A stretch of 64,000 nt of DNA from contig CP174360.1 in assembly GCA_045401155.1 (NCBI GenBank), positions 159,035 through 223,034 on the forward strand, given 5' to 3'. Origin of the DNA: Candidatus Minusculum obligatum. Its GTDB lineage: Bacteria > Patescibacteriota > Minisyncoccia > Phycocordibacterales > Phycocordibacteraceae. The notes under the pieces are model-generated. The model was not told the DNA's origin and ran no database searches. It was given only the letters and a program-made list of their open reading frames with translations. The translations under genes were made by a program, and so were the position numbers. Position 1 is the stretch's first letter. Every line of letters begins with the position of its first letter. Shown here one piece after another: positions 19,397 to 29,261 of this stretch.

Positions 19397-20590
19397 ATGA
19401 AAGCAGCACAGATAGGAGGAATTCTTGTTATTGGCCTTTTATTCGCAGGAGCATATGCGCTTGCAGAAACATTCCCAGCAGGTACAGCACAGTCAGCGCA
19501 AAGTACCTCATACAATGCGGGAACACCTGTAAATCAAAATGATCCAAACATAAGTTATTTTGCAGGCAGTGTCGGTATTGGTGACCCAGACCCAACATCT
19601 CCACTCTCTGTGTATGGAGACTCGCTTATTCTAAAGCAGGCGCCTCTTATTGTAGAGCGTGCGTACAATGACATTGCAAGTAATCAGCCATTTGCAGTTA
19701 TTCTAAAAAATGAAGGAGAGCTTGATGGGGGAAAGGACTATCAAAACGAGACACATCTTGCGCTTCAGGCAGGAGTTGAAGAAAATCATCGACGATACAT
19801 CAACTGGCTTGATCATGAAGGAAACTTTGATTGGCGTATGGGATCAAATGCAGGACAAACATTTATCCTCTTTGATAACGTAGATGGTATCCATCGACTT
19901 ACAATGCGTAATGCCACACACTTTGGAGGAGAGACATGGATTGGAAGCGCTGGAGAGGGGGCGTTTAAAATCAACTACCACCCTGCAAACTTCCAAGGTA
20001 CAGGAGGAGTTGAGATTTGGTCCGGAGGGGCCGCAGAAGAGAATACAAAAGCATTCGAATTTGCGCCAAGTATAGATTCATTTAGAGCATATAATGACTC
20101 TGGGAATGTGACATTTAATCTAGAAACAGATACAGGATTCCTGGGTCTTGGAGAAAAAACAAATCCAAGTTACTTCATTGATGTTGAGAGCCGTTCTCTA
20201 AACAATCTTATGCGATGGTCTGTACCAACTCAAACTTTTGACGCACGTGCTCGATCTTGGGTTTATGAGACTCTTGTCACAGGTAACGATTCTCAATTTT
20301 TGATTATTGATAAAGATAACTCTAATAGTCGAGCAGTCCTTGAATTGAAAGGAAATGCCGGAAAAAAAGATGTGCTTTATGCTGCAAGTGCAGGGTATAT
20401 CGGAATTGGAACTAGTGCACCAGAGGGAACACTACACGTAACATCTCCAAATAAGAACGTAATTATTTGGGACACAAGTTCTACAGTAGCAGGAGCGTGT
20501 ATTAAGATAAAAGATCGTGATGGAAAGGGGTATACGTACATGACCACACTAGACGGTGAAGTAGAATTCTCAACAAACTCTTGCGAATAA
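19397..20590 (+). CDS. secreted protein with tail-fibre-like 'GIGxxxP...L.V' motifs and C-terminal Cys pair
   Basis: Signal peptide, then SVGIGDPDPTSPLSVYG and YIGIGTSAPEGTLHVTS motifs, ending C...C. Confidence 0.5.
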   Translation: MKAAQIGGILVIGLLFAGAYALAETFPAGTAQSAQSTSYNAGTPVNQNDPNISYFAGSVGIGDPDPTSPLSVYGDSLILKQAPLIVERAYNDIASNQPFAVILKNEGELDGGKDYQNETHLALQAGVEENHRRYINWLDHEGNFDWRMGSNAGQTFILFDNVDGIHRLTMRNATHFGGETWIGSAGEGAFKINYHPANFQGTGGVEIWSGGAAEENTKAFEFAPSIDSFRAYNDSGNVTFNLETDTGFLGLGEKTNPSYFIDVESRSLNNLMRWSVPTQTFDARARSWVYETLVTGNDSQFLIIDKDNSNSRAVLELKGNAGKKDVLYAASAGYIGIGTSAPEGTLHVTSPNKNVIIWDTSSTVAGACIKIKDRDGKGYTYMTTLDGEVEFSTNSCE

Positions 20591-20593
20591 ACA

Positions 20594-20620
20594 AAAAACC
20601 GCCCTTAAGGCGGTTTTTTA
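20594..20620 (+). terminator. rho-independent terminator
   Basis: aaaaaaccgcccttaaggcggtttttta. Confidence 0.8.
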
Positions 20621-20644
20621 TTAGATATGCTATCCTTTTTGCAT

Positions 20645-21235
20645 ATGAAAAAGCTTGGAATTTCTGCAGGAGTACTAACTGCAATTATCGTTGGTGTGGT
20701 TGTGGCGCTGTCTGTAGGGCATAAAAATGATATGGAGGCATTTGCACTTGTTGCAGGAGAGCGGCCTTCTTGGAATTTTGAAGGAACACATGAGGCAAGT
20801 GAGCAGCTGACGCTTCAGGTTGAAAATGAAATTGATCGACTTAAAGGTCTTCTTGGTACAGGAGAGTTCCCGGACTATGACATCTATGTGGGAATTGCAG
20901 GCCAGTATGAATTGCTTGGAGAAGGGAAGAAGTCATACGAGTATCTTCAAAAAGCGATTGTAGAGAATGAAGCGCGATCTCTTGCGTACTCAAACATGGG
21001 AACGTTGCTTGGAAAGCTTGGTGCAAAAGAGTCTGCAAAGATTGCGTACGAGATGGCACTTGATCGAGATGATACGGTGACAAATCGTATTAACTACATT
21101 CAGCACCTTGAGCAGTACTATACAGATGACCTAGATCTTGTAGAAAGTGCGCATACATTTGCGCTTGAGAAATTCCCAAATAGCGAAGTTCTACAACAGC
21201 GCTACGAATCATTCAAGAAGCTTCATGATCGATAA
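20645..21235 (+). CDS. membrane-anchored tetratricopeptide-repeat (TPR) protein
   Basis: N-terminal TM helix (MKKLGISAGVLTAIIVGVVVAL) followed by TPR-like helices. Confidence 0.5.
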   Translation: MKKLGISAGVLTAIIVGVVVALSVGHKNDMEAFALVAGERPSWNFEGTHEASEQLTLQVENEIDRLKGLLGTGEFPDYDIYVGIAGQYELLGEGKKSYEYLQKAIVENEARSLAYSNMGTLLGKLGAKESAKIAYEMALDRDDTVTNRINYIQHLEQYYTDDLDLVESAHTFALEKFPNSEVLQQRYESFKKLHDR

Positions 21236-23414
21236 GATAAAAAATTGGGCCCTACTTGCACCAGCTCTCATACCGTTGGTGTACCTTGATATATTCTTTT
21301 TCCCACTTGTAGCACCAAAGGCATTTTTCTTCAGAATTGCCGTAACCGTATTGCTTCTTGCCGTAACCTGCCTCGCATATAACGGCAAAGGACTATATAT
21401 AAAACGTCTTCTGAACTGGTGGACACTAATACCAGGAGCACTACTGCTTGTAGCGTACACCACGTCTATATTTGGTGTAGATTTTTACCACAGTTTCTGG
21501 TCTGTATTTGATCGCAGTAGTGGACTTGTCGCACTTACGTATATGGTTGGGTACTTCTACCTGCTTCTCCTTACAATCTCAAAGGATTTTATTTTTAAAT
21601 TCTTTTCTCTAACCGCAGGAGTTGCAAGTGTTGCAGGAGTGTACGCAATACTACAGTGGGTAGGAGATATTGGAAGTTTTCATATTCCAGGCCTCCTTGA
21701 TCCACAAGGAGGTCGTATCGGTGCAACTATTGGGAACGCTGCATTTTTGGCGGGGTACTTGGGACTTACATTTTTTATAACACTTATCACTGCATATAGA
21801 AGTACGCGACATGAGCAATGGTGGTACGCAGGTGCGCTTATTCAACTTATTGCAATTATTTTGACCGCAACACGAGGAACTATTTTGGCGCTGCTTGCCA
21901 TGCTTGGCGTTGCACTTGTATACGCGGCAATACAAAAAGAGGGAAAGGTTCGTCGATACGCACAAATAGGAATTGTAAGTGGAATTATTCTCTTTGCTGG
22001 ATTTATTGGATTTAGAATGCAGCTGCAACAAGTTCCATTTGAGCCAATACAGCGCATAGCAAGTATTGGCGTGGAGGATGCAACCACTGCAAGTCGACTA
22101 TTTGTATGGGAGAACATGCTTTCGTATGGACTTGCAAAGCCCTTTACAGGATATGGTTCAGAGCATATCGATTATGTATTTGATCAATTTTACAATGCAC
22201 AAGATATTGTTGAGCAGTGGTTTGACCGATCTCACAATCTTTATCTAGATTACTTCATACAGTATGGAGTTCTGGGTCTTATTTTGTTCGTGCTCTTTAT
22301 CGCAGCACTTTTCCGCGTAGGATTGCGTACTAGGAAAGAGGATTTGTTTATTGGAAACATGCTTCTTTTATTAGTTGGAACGTATGTGCTTCAGAGTGTA
22401 TTTGTGTTTGATACCATCAATACGCTTGTTGTGCTTATTCCTCTCTTTGCTATTGGATTTATAAAAGAAGAAGATGCTCTTGAGGTGGGCGCGTTTAATA
22501 AAATTGGACTTACGATAGTCACCATTATTGCTGTGCCTGGTCTATATTTCACAGTATTTCTTCCAGCATACGCAAACTTAGAGCTTGGAAAGAGCTATAT
22601 GCATCATGTTGTAGATGCGCAAAAATATAAGGAGCACTTTGACCGAGGGTTCTCTCTAGATACATACGCAAACCTAGAGTTTGGATATCAGGCATATGCA
22701 ATGTATACAGACCGTCAGCAGTATATGCTCTCAGGGGAAGATAAAAACATTGCGTATCAAGTTGCATACAATGCACTAGAGAAAAATACACAAAAGTATC
22801 CATACGATGCACGAACATTTGTATACCTAGGACACGTACTTGAGGCTCGGCCAGAAGGTGTTGCGTATTCTCCCGAGGAAAATCTAGAAATACTACAAAC
22901 AGCACAAAGTCTCTCTCCTGACAGAAGTCAGCCATACTACATGATGGCAAATTTCTATATTGAGCGAGGAAATGTTTCTTCAGGAACTGAGCGAGAAAAT
23001 TATTATCAAGCTGCAATTGATATAGTGATTGCGTACCGAGATCGAGCTCCAGAAATTGCAGAGCCATATCTTGTTCTTGCAGAATTATATCGCGTAACAG
23101 GAAACACCTCTCTTTCTCAAGAGGCATTTGAAACAGGAATTAATTTATACAAGGGAGACACCCAAGATGCGCGCCGCATAGCGGGACGTCTGCTTGCGCA
23201 GAATAAAATTAGTGAGGCACGACCGTATCTAGAGACCGTGTACCGTCAGTCACCGCATGATTATGTTGCGATATTCGACCTTGCGAAAGTTCGTTTTATT
23301 GAGGGGGATATAGAAGGTTCGGTTGAGCTTGTGGAGCTGGTACAATTAAAACAACCAGAGTTGCTTGATACAGACCCACTTTTCTTACAGCAGCTTATTA
23401 ATATACTGCAGTAG
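21225..23414 (+). CDS. O-antigen ligase/polymerase (Wzy_C)-family polytopic membrane protein with C-terminal TPR domain
   Basis: Many TM helices; TATRGTILALL...WENMLSYGLAKPFTGYGSEHIDYV...RSHNLYLDYFIQYGVLGL matches the O-antigen ligase core. C-terminal TPR helices. Confidence 0.7.
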   Translation: MIDKIKNWALLAPALIPLVYLDIFFFPLVAPKAFFFRIAVTVLLLAVTCLAYNGKGLYIKRLLNWWTLIPGALLLVAYTTSIFGVDFYHSFWSVFDRSSGLVALTYMVGYFYLLLLTISKDFIFKFFSLTAGVASVAGVYAILQWVGDIGSFHIPGLLDPQGGRIGATIGNAAFLAGYLGLTFFITLITAYRSTRHEQWWYAGALIQLIAIILTATRGTILALLAMLGVALVYAAIQKEGKVRRYAQIGIVSGIILFAGFIGFRMQLQQVPFEPIQRIASIGVEDATTASRLFVWENMLSYGLAKPFTGYGSEHIDYVFDQFYNAQDIVEQWFDRSHNLYLDYFIQYGVLGLILFVLFIAALFRVGLRTRKEDLFIGNMLLLLVGTYVLQSVFVFDTINTLVVLIPLFAIGFIKEEDALEVGAFNKIGLTIVTIIAVPGLYFTVFLPAYANLELGKSYMHHVVDAQKYKEHFDRGFSLDTYANLEFGYQAYAMYTDRQQYMLSGEDKNIAYQVAYNALEKNTQKYPYDARTFVYLGHVLEARPEGVAYSPEENLEILQTAQSLSPDRSQPYYMMANFYIERGNVSSGTERENYYQAAIDIVIAYRDRAPEIAEPYLVLAELYRVTGNTSLSQEAFETGINLYKGDTQDARRIAGRLLAQNKISEARPYLETVYRQSPHDYVAIFDLAKVRFIEGDIEGSVELVELVQLKQPELLDTDPLFLQQLINILQ

Positions 23415-23673
23415 TATGAACATATTTAACGCACATTTTTTTAAATTTCTTGGAGGGTTTTTGGCAATTATTTTTGCATCACTACTCCTCTTCTTTTTGG
23501 TGGGGAATGGAGCGTAGATCTTGCTAGAGACAAGTCTTTATAGTATGGTATTTCTCATACGGACCGAAGACAGTGGGCAATTGTAAGACCTACCGAGGCA
23601 ATGCACTGTATATATGCAGGCATCTCTCAATGGTCCCGAAAGGGATCTTTTTCGTTCCGTATACGAAATTATT

Positions 23674-24168
23674 ATGGCAATCACACGAGAAAAAAAGAGT
23701 GAAATTCTCGCAAAGCTTTCAAGCATTCTAAGCAGCGCTACATCAGTAGTGTTCGTTGGGTTTAAGGGTATCACTGGTGGAGACACTACAGCGATGCGTC
23801 GAGAACTCAAGGGAGAAGGAGTACATTACTTTGTTGCAAAGAAGCGTCTTGTAAAGAAAGCAATTGCTGATACAGGTGTATCTGGAAATATTCCAGAGCT
23901 TGAAGGGGAGCTTGCGATTGCATACACTGAGGGTGAAGATACTACTGCACCTGCGCGTCTTATTCATGAGAACGCAAAGAAGCATGAGGGTCTATCTATC
24001 CTTGGAGGTGTGTTTGAGTCAGCGCTTGCAGATGCTGCAAAGATGACTGAGATTGCAACTATTCCACCTACACCGGTGCTTCGAGGCATGTTCGTGAACG
24101 TGATTAATTCACCAATTCAAGGATTTGCTGTTGCGCTTAAGGCTATTGCAGATAAGAAAGGCGAGTAA
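23674..24168 (+). CDS. rplJ: 50S ribosomal protein L10
   Basis: MAITREKKSEILAKLSSILSSATSVVFVGFKGITGGDTTAMRRELK. Confidence 0.9.
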   Translation: MAITREKKSEILAKLSSILSSATSVVFVGFKGITGGDTTAMRRELKGEGVHYFVAKKRLVKKAIADTGVSGNIPELEGELAIAYTEGEDTTAPARLIHENAKKHEGLSILGGVFESALADAAKMTEIATIPPTPVLRGMFVNVINSPIQGFAVALKAIADKKGE

Positions 24169-24186
24169 ATTTAATTAATTACTATT

Positions 24187-24675
24187 ATGTCAGACGAAGA
24201 TAAGAAGGTTGAGGAGGCTACCGAGGCACCTGCTGCTGAGGAAGCTGCTCCCGCCGAAGAGGCTAAGAAGGAGGCTCCAGCTGAGGAGGCAACTGAAGAG
24301 GTTGAGGTTCCTGCGGAGTTTAAGGATCTTGTAGAAAAGATCGAGAAGATGACCGTACTTGAGCTTAATGAGCTTGTGAAAGTTCTTGAGAAGAAGTTTG
24401 GTGTTTCTGCTGTTGCAGTTGCGGCCGCTGGTCCTGCTGCTGGGGGAGACGCTGGAGCTGAAGCAAGTGAGGTTAACGTAGAGCTAACTGCTGCTGGAGA
24501 TCAGAAGATTCAGGTTATTAAGGCAGTTAAGGAGGCGCTAGGTCTTGGACTTAAGGAGGCAAAGGATCTCGTAGATGGAGCTCCTGTAATGCTTAAGGAG
24601 AAGATGAAGAAGGAGGAAGCTGAAGAGCTAAAGGCTAAAATTACTGAGGCTGGAGGTTCAGTTGAGTTTAAGTAA
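24187..24675 (+). CDS. rplL: 50S ribosomal protein L7/L12 with about 40-aa acidic Ala/Glu-rich N-terminal extension
   Basis: [31 protein letters not shown]...[23 protein letters not shown]. Confidence 0.9.
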   Translation: MSDEDKKVEEATEAPAAEEAAPAEEAKKEAPAEEATEEVEVPAEFKDLVEKIEKMTVLELNELVKVLEKKFGVSAVAVAAAGPAAGGDAGAEASEVNVELTAAGDQKIQVIKAVKEALGLGLKEAKDLVDGAPVMLKEKMKKEEAEELKAKITEAGGSVEFK

Positions 24676-24698
24676 ACTTAACACCACTTTCTATAATA

Positions 24699-24728
24699 AA
24701 AGACCCGCACATGCGGGTCTTTTATTTA
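24699..24728. terminator. bidirectional rho-independent terminator
   Basis: aaagacccgcacatgcgggtctttt with A- and T-tracts on both sides. Confidence 0.8.
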
Positions 24729-25145
24729 TTTTCTTTTTAGATTTTTGAGGAAGATGATAAGAGCGCTTGTGATAAAAAAGAATATCCCGAACCATTTAGA
24801 AAAAGTAATACTGTCTGGAATAAACGGCCAGAGAGTCCTTGAGTTGTTTGAAACAGTAAAGATTATTATTCCAACAGGAACAATAAAAATAGTAAACCTG
24901 TAAAGCCAAAAACGAATAGTCTCTTTAGTTGAAAAGAGTAAAAGAATTACGATAGGGAGAAGATAGGTTGAGAAGTTTTTCAGTGCCCAAGCTATACTGG
25001 TCGGTTTTCCTCCACATATTTTTTCTTCTCCTATAAACCCAGCTTCCCAAGGACATATGCCTGTTAAATCAAAAACATTTAAAATTAAATATCCGATACC
25101 ATAAAATACAAAAGGGGAAAGAAGAATTAATAATTTTAGTTTCAT
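24726..25145 (-). CDS. hypothetical polytopic membrane protein (AT-rich island)
   Basis: About 140 aa with 4 TM helices. Start is likely MKLKLLILLSP, which overlaps the upstream gene's stop. Confidence 0.45.
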   Translation of the reverse strand: MKLKLLILLSPFVFYGIGYLILNVFDLTGICPWEAGFIGEEKICGGKPTSIAWALKNFSTYLLPIVILLLFSTKETIRFWLYRFTIFIVPVGIIIFTVSNNSRTLWPFIPDSITFSKWFGIFFFITSALIIFLKNLKRK

Positions 25146-25149
25146 ATTT

Positions 25150-27660
25150 CTATTGTAGATGCTCTGCAAGTGCAGACCAAGTGTTTGCTGTGTCTTTTGT
25201 TATATATCTTTCTTTTAGAAACTCCACAATTCTCTTTATTTGTGCAATGTAGTTTGCTTTTTCTTCTGCGCTCTCAGTATTTTCAAGGAGTTCAAAATAC
25301 TGTTCGATTGCAGATTTAAGTTGTGGGCGAATCTCTAATTGAAGCATTTTGCTTCTGAGTTCCGGACGAATGCTTTCAGAACTTTCGTTGGGAGAAAAAG
25401 TGTAGTCAATTACGTTGTCGTTATTAATATCTAGAAATAAGTCTCCCAAAGAATTTTCTTCAAAGGATACTTTTGCAATAGCAGATTCTTTTGTTGGTAT
25501 GTTTTTAAATCGTTCTATTTCTATAATTTCTCCTTTGCTATTTGTTTCTGAAAGAGCAAGGTCAAAAGATCCGGTGTCGATTCCGGTTACCTCTACGTTG
25601 TAGTCGTCTTTTGGTAAAAATACGTACTTTGCTTCTCCGATAAATTTGACGAAACTGTCTGGGATATTTTCAATTATTCTGAAGAGATCGGAGCCGGAAT
25701 CGTAGTTAATCTCTGTAATATTCCCTGATTCATCTGTAACAGAAATGATTACGGGGGAATAAACGCTAAAGATATTAAACAAAGAACTTTTTTCTTTAGA
25801 ATACTCCTCTCTTGTTTTTGAGACAAAGCCTGAAGAAGGTTCGCTCTTGTTAAAGATATTTTTAATTGTTTGAAGGGCTTCTTTTTCTGCTAGAAGTCCA
25901 TCATGCTTTACAACTTTTCCAGTGACATCCTCTAACGTTTCTAAGTTAAAATAATACGTTTTGCCCACGCCACTCTCGCTTGCTTCAGCAATTACAGTGG
26001 AGTCACCTCCTTGTGTTGTAACTGGTCTGTACCAAAGTTTTTGTCTCGGCCTTGGTGTTAATGATCCAAGGCTAAATAATTCAAATTCAACTCCAGTTGA
26101 ATATTTATATTTACTTACAGTTTCATTACCAACTCCAATTATTTGAGTAAGCTCAACTCTTTCTGGGGGAGTCCAGGCATCTATTTTTACGTGAGTGTTT
26201 TTTGTCTTTTCTAAAAGATTTGCATTTAAAACCGCTGGAGCATTCAGATCACTTTCTGATGGTGTAATTCTAAGATTTGCGGGGTCAGTAAGAAACGTTA
26301 CAAATTCGGCGTACGAATCAATAGCATCACCAAATATATCTTGATATTTGTTTGAAAGAGCAGATGAGTCAAACTCTATTATTGGCTCATTGTTTTCTAT
26401 AAACCTTTGGGAGGGGAGTAGGGAGTAAGCGCCCAGACTATTTAAGCTTAATGATCTACTGACATCTTTCCTTTTTACAAGGCCGAGGCCAAGTTGTTGG
26501 TCGTGTCCGTGCAGAATTGCCCCAACTGCGCTTGGTGTTCCAAATTGAGGCGAGCCAACAAGAATAATTTTATCTATCAAGTTTTCTTTTCCTTGCTCTT
26601 CCAGCCGAATCATTAAGGCTTTTGCAAGAAGCCCTCCATTTGAGTGCGCGACAATATGAACTTTTCCTGTTGGGTTGTTAGAAAGGTGCTCAACAAGATC
26701 TATAAGTTTTACATTTTCTCCAGAGGTATAATTGGTTCCGTTATCTAAGATTTCAAAAACGTCATACCTCCAGTCGTATGAGTATGCTATAAGTGGAGCA
26801 TTACAATTCATATCACTATTGCCAGGAATATCTCGCACAAAAGAAGAGCCAAATATTCCCGAACAATTAAAAAAGTCTTTTAATGGTTTGTATATATCAA
26901 TATTTAATCCTTGTGCTGAAAAGGTAAAAAGCGCTTCCCCGACAGTAATAGTATTAATACTTTTTCCTCTAGCATCTAGCTCAAGCTCTCGCATCTTCTC
27001 TCCCGCAAACCCATCCCAAACCTTTTCTTCTTTATGATATAGACGACTTCCAAATATTCCTGGAAGAAAAATAATGGGCGTATCAGTAGGAGGGTTTTCG
27101 GGCAATGCTAAAGGGAGTATCTCAACTCCCTTTATAGAAAACGCAAAGTCAGATGCGGCATCCGTAGTGCCTTGTATGGTGCAGTCAGAGTCTCTTGCTA
27201 TAGAATGACAAGCTCCTTCAGGATACGTGTTTTCTGTGGTTGCTCCAAGCATTGGTCCAACACCTCCTCCAAAATGGTCAAAAAGGAGAAAGTAATATTT
27301 TTCTGGATCAAAGTCATAAGAGAACTCATATTCTTGTTTTTGAAATGCGGGACTCGTGGTGCTGATGCCAACGTATTGTCCAAGCAATATCTTTTCACAT
27401 GACGGACTATATTTAGGAGAGTCATCAATGTTGTCACAAGCAACAAGATTTGTGTTAAGGATTTTTGTTCCTAAGCTTAATCCTGTCACATACAGCTCAA
27501 GACTTGTTCCTGTTCCAGAAATGCGGGTGCCTAACTCCTGGATAGTATTTCCTGTCACTCGAATTTCTTTTAGCGTACTTATGTTTTCCGGCACATGTCC
27601 AATATCCGCTTGAGAGATAAGCGGAAGCATGCAAAGTGCAGCTAAAAGTATGCTCCTCAT
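25150..27660 (-). CDS. secreted alpha/beta-hydrolase (lipase/acyltransferase, LCAT/PGAP1-like fold) with long C-terminal extension
   Basis: Signal peptide MRSILLAALCMLPLISQA; IIFLPGIFGSRLYH...; nucleophile elbow HIVAHSNGGLLA (GxSxG). Encoded in a roughly 36% GC segment. Confidence 0.6.
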   Translation of the reverse strand: MRSILLAALCMLPLISQADIGHVPENISTLKEIRVTGNTIQELGTRISGTGTSLELYVTGLSLGTKILNTNLVACDNIDDSPKYSPSCEKILLGQYVGISTTSPAFQKQEYEFSYDFDPEKYYFLLFDHFGGGVGPMLGATTENTYPEGACHSIARDSDCTIQGTTDAASDFAFSIKGVEILPLALPENPPTDTPIIFLPGIFGSRLYHKEEKVWDGFAGEKMRELELDARGKSINTITVGEALFTFSAQGLNIDIYKPLKDFFNCSGIFGSSFVRDIPGNSDMNCNAPLIAYSYDWRYDVFEILDNGTNYTSGENVKLIDLVEHLSNNPTGKVHIVAHSNGGLLAKALMIRLEEQGKENLIDKIILVGSPQFGTPSAVGAILHGHDQQLGLGLVKRKDVSRSLSLNSLGAYSLLPSQRFIENNEPIIEFDSSALSNKYQDIFGDAIDSYAEFVTFLTDPANLRITPSESDLNAPAVLNANLLEKTKNTHVKIDAWTPPERVELTQIIGVGNETVSKYKYSTGVEFELFSLGSLTPRPRQKLWYRPVTTQGGDSTVIAEASESGVGKTYYFNLETLEDVTGKVVKHDGLLAEKEALQTIKNIFNKSEPSSGFVSKTREEYSKEKSSLFNIFSVYSPVIISVTDESGNITEINYDSGSDLFRIIENIPDSFVKFIGEAKYVFLPKDDYNVEVTGIDTGSFDLALSETNSKGEIIEIERFKNIPTKESAIAKVSFEENSLGDLFLDINNDNVIDYTFSPNESSESIRPELRSKMLQLEIRPQLKSAIEQYFELLENTESAEEKANYIAQIKRIVEFLKERYITKDTANTWSALAEHLQ

Positions 27661-27739
27661 TACGTCTTATTTTAACATTTTGATGCCTCAAAATATGTTT
27701 GTTGCGTTCCGATATGTAGCAGCGTAGAATAGGGGAGAT

Positions 27740-28315
27740 ATGGATGTTTTGGCGAAGCTGTTCGGAAGTAGCGCGAGAGTGAAAATATTGCGACTAATAC
27801 TTTTTAATAAAGACGTAAAGTTTACGGTTAAGGAAGCCTCATACCGTTCTAAAGTTACAAAAGACTCTGCCCGAAAAGAGCTTGAACTTTTTTCTCGTAT
27901 TAAATTAGTGAGGAAACAAAAGAAGGGGAGAGAGACGGTATATTTTGCCAATCAAAATTTTGAGCACTTTGAGCAACTCAAGGCTTTCTTTAGAAGGACC
28001 ACTGAACTTAAGCACTCTGATGTAACTAAATCTATAAAAGGATGTGGGGTTATTAAGTTGCTTGTGTTAAGCGGAACACTTACAGATACAACTGAGTCTT
28101 CAATTGATCTTCTGGTGGTGGGAGACCGATTGATTACCCCAAAGCTTGAGCGAACAATACGGACGCTTGAAGCCGAGCTTGGGCAGGAGCTTACATACGC
28201 AACATTTTCTACACAAGATTTTAACTATCGTTTAGGAGTATATGATCGACTTCTTCGAGATGTTTTAGAGTACCCGCACATCACGCTTATCGATAAAATT
28301 GGGACAGAGCGCTAA
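27740..28315 (+). CDS. winged-helix plus minimal nucleotidyltransferase-like domain protein
   Basis: N-terminal wHTH (ARVKILRLIL...) and C-terminal 'LSGTLTDTTESSIDLLVVGD', which resembles the Pol-beta NTase GS...D.D motif. Confidence 0.45.
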   Translation: MDVLAKLFGSSARVKILRLILFNKDVKFTVKEASYRSKVTKDSARKELELFSRIKLVRKQKKGRETVYFANQNFEHFEQLKAFFRRTTELKHSDVTKSIKGCGVIKLLVLSGTLTDTTESSIDLLVVGDRLITPKLERTIRTLEAELGQELTYATFSTQDFNYRLGVYDRLLRDVLEYPHITLIDKIGTER

Positions 28316-28435
28316 TCCACAAAGAAAATATCCCTCAATCACCTCGGTGCTACAATTAATATGTGCCTAACCCAATTGGGACACAAATCAGAATGATTAT
28401 CAGGTAAGCTCGTATACGGGCATTTTGGCATAGCT

Positions 28436-29119
28436 ATGCTTATTGAAACTTGGACACAGGTACTCAACGATTCATTTCAAAATCTTTTCTATGGATTAGT
28501 TGAGTTTATTCCAAATCTGATAGTAGCAATCCTTATTTTTGTTGTTGGATGGCTTATCGGAGCTGGTCTTGCACGCATCGTTGCGCAACTTGTTAACTCA
28601 CTTAAAGTTAACAACGCGCTTCGATCTGCGGGAATTGACAATCTTACAAAACGGGCAGGAGTAGATCTTGATGCCGGAGAATTTCTTGGAGCACTTGTAA
28701 AGTGGTTCTTCATTGTAGTTTTTCTAGTTGCATCTTTGGATGTGCTTGGGCTCACAGAAGTAAACGCATTCTTGCGTGACGTGGTACTTGGATATTTGCC
28801 GCAAGTAATTGTTGCAGTACTTGTACTACTTATCGCTGCAGTAGTTGCAGACATGGCACAAAATATTGTGACCGCATCAGCACGTGCAGCGCACATGCGA
28901 AGCGCAGCATTTTTAGGAACAATTACTCGTTGGAGTATTTGGGTGTTTGCAATTCTTGCAGCACTTGATCACCTACAGGTTGCATCAGCATTTGTGCAAA
29001 CGCTCTTCACCGGTATCGTGGTGGCAGTATCGCTTGCCGTTGGTCTTGCGTTTGGTCTTGGAGGACAGGACGCAGCAGCTCGATATATCGATCAGGCCAA
29101 GAAGAATATGGAAGACTAG
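28436..29119 (+). CDS. membrane protein with conserved-TM-helix (MscS-related 'TM_helix'-like) repeats
   Basis: Repeated amphipathic TM segments (LIVAILIFVVGWLIGAGLARIVAQLV...). Confidence 0.45.
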   Translation: MLIETWTQVLNDSFQNLFYGLVEFIPNLIVAILIFVVGWLIGAGLARIVAQLVNSLKVNNALRSAGIDNLTKRAGVDLDAGEFLGALVKWFFIVVFLVASLDVLGLTEVNAFLRDVVLGYLPQVIVAVLVLLIAAVVADMAQNIVTASARAAHMRSAAFLGTITRWSIWVFAILAALDHLQVASAFVQTLFTGIVVAVSLAVGLAFGLGGQDAAARYIDQAKKNMED

Positions 29120-29138
29120 GGAAACCTGTTTTTCTAAA

Positions 29139-29168
29139 TAAAAAACTCCTTCTCGGGAGTTTTTTATT
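29139..29168 (+). terminator. rho-independent terminator
   Basis: aaaaaactccttctcgggagttttttatt. Confidence 0.75.
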
Positions 29169-29231
29169 TGCAATATATATCAAACGGTGTCAAGTATTAA
29201 GCCATTTTTTACACGCTTGAATATTAGGGTG

Positions 29232-29261
29232 TTGACTTATATATAAGGCTTCGTGTATACT
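29232..29261 (+). promoter_or_regulatory. candidate 23S-5S rRNA promoter (TTGACT-18-TATACT)
   Basis: Read from sequence. Shares the 'TTGACT...GTGTATA' pattern with the 16S promoter. Confidence 0.5.

Noticed and set aside
22549-23127. 192-aa minus-strand ORF.
   Set aside because: Lies entirely inside the O-antigen-ligase-like gene on the opposite strand, with no independent signals.
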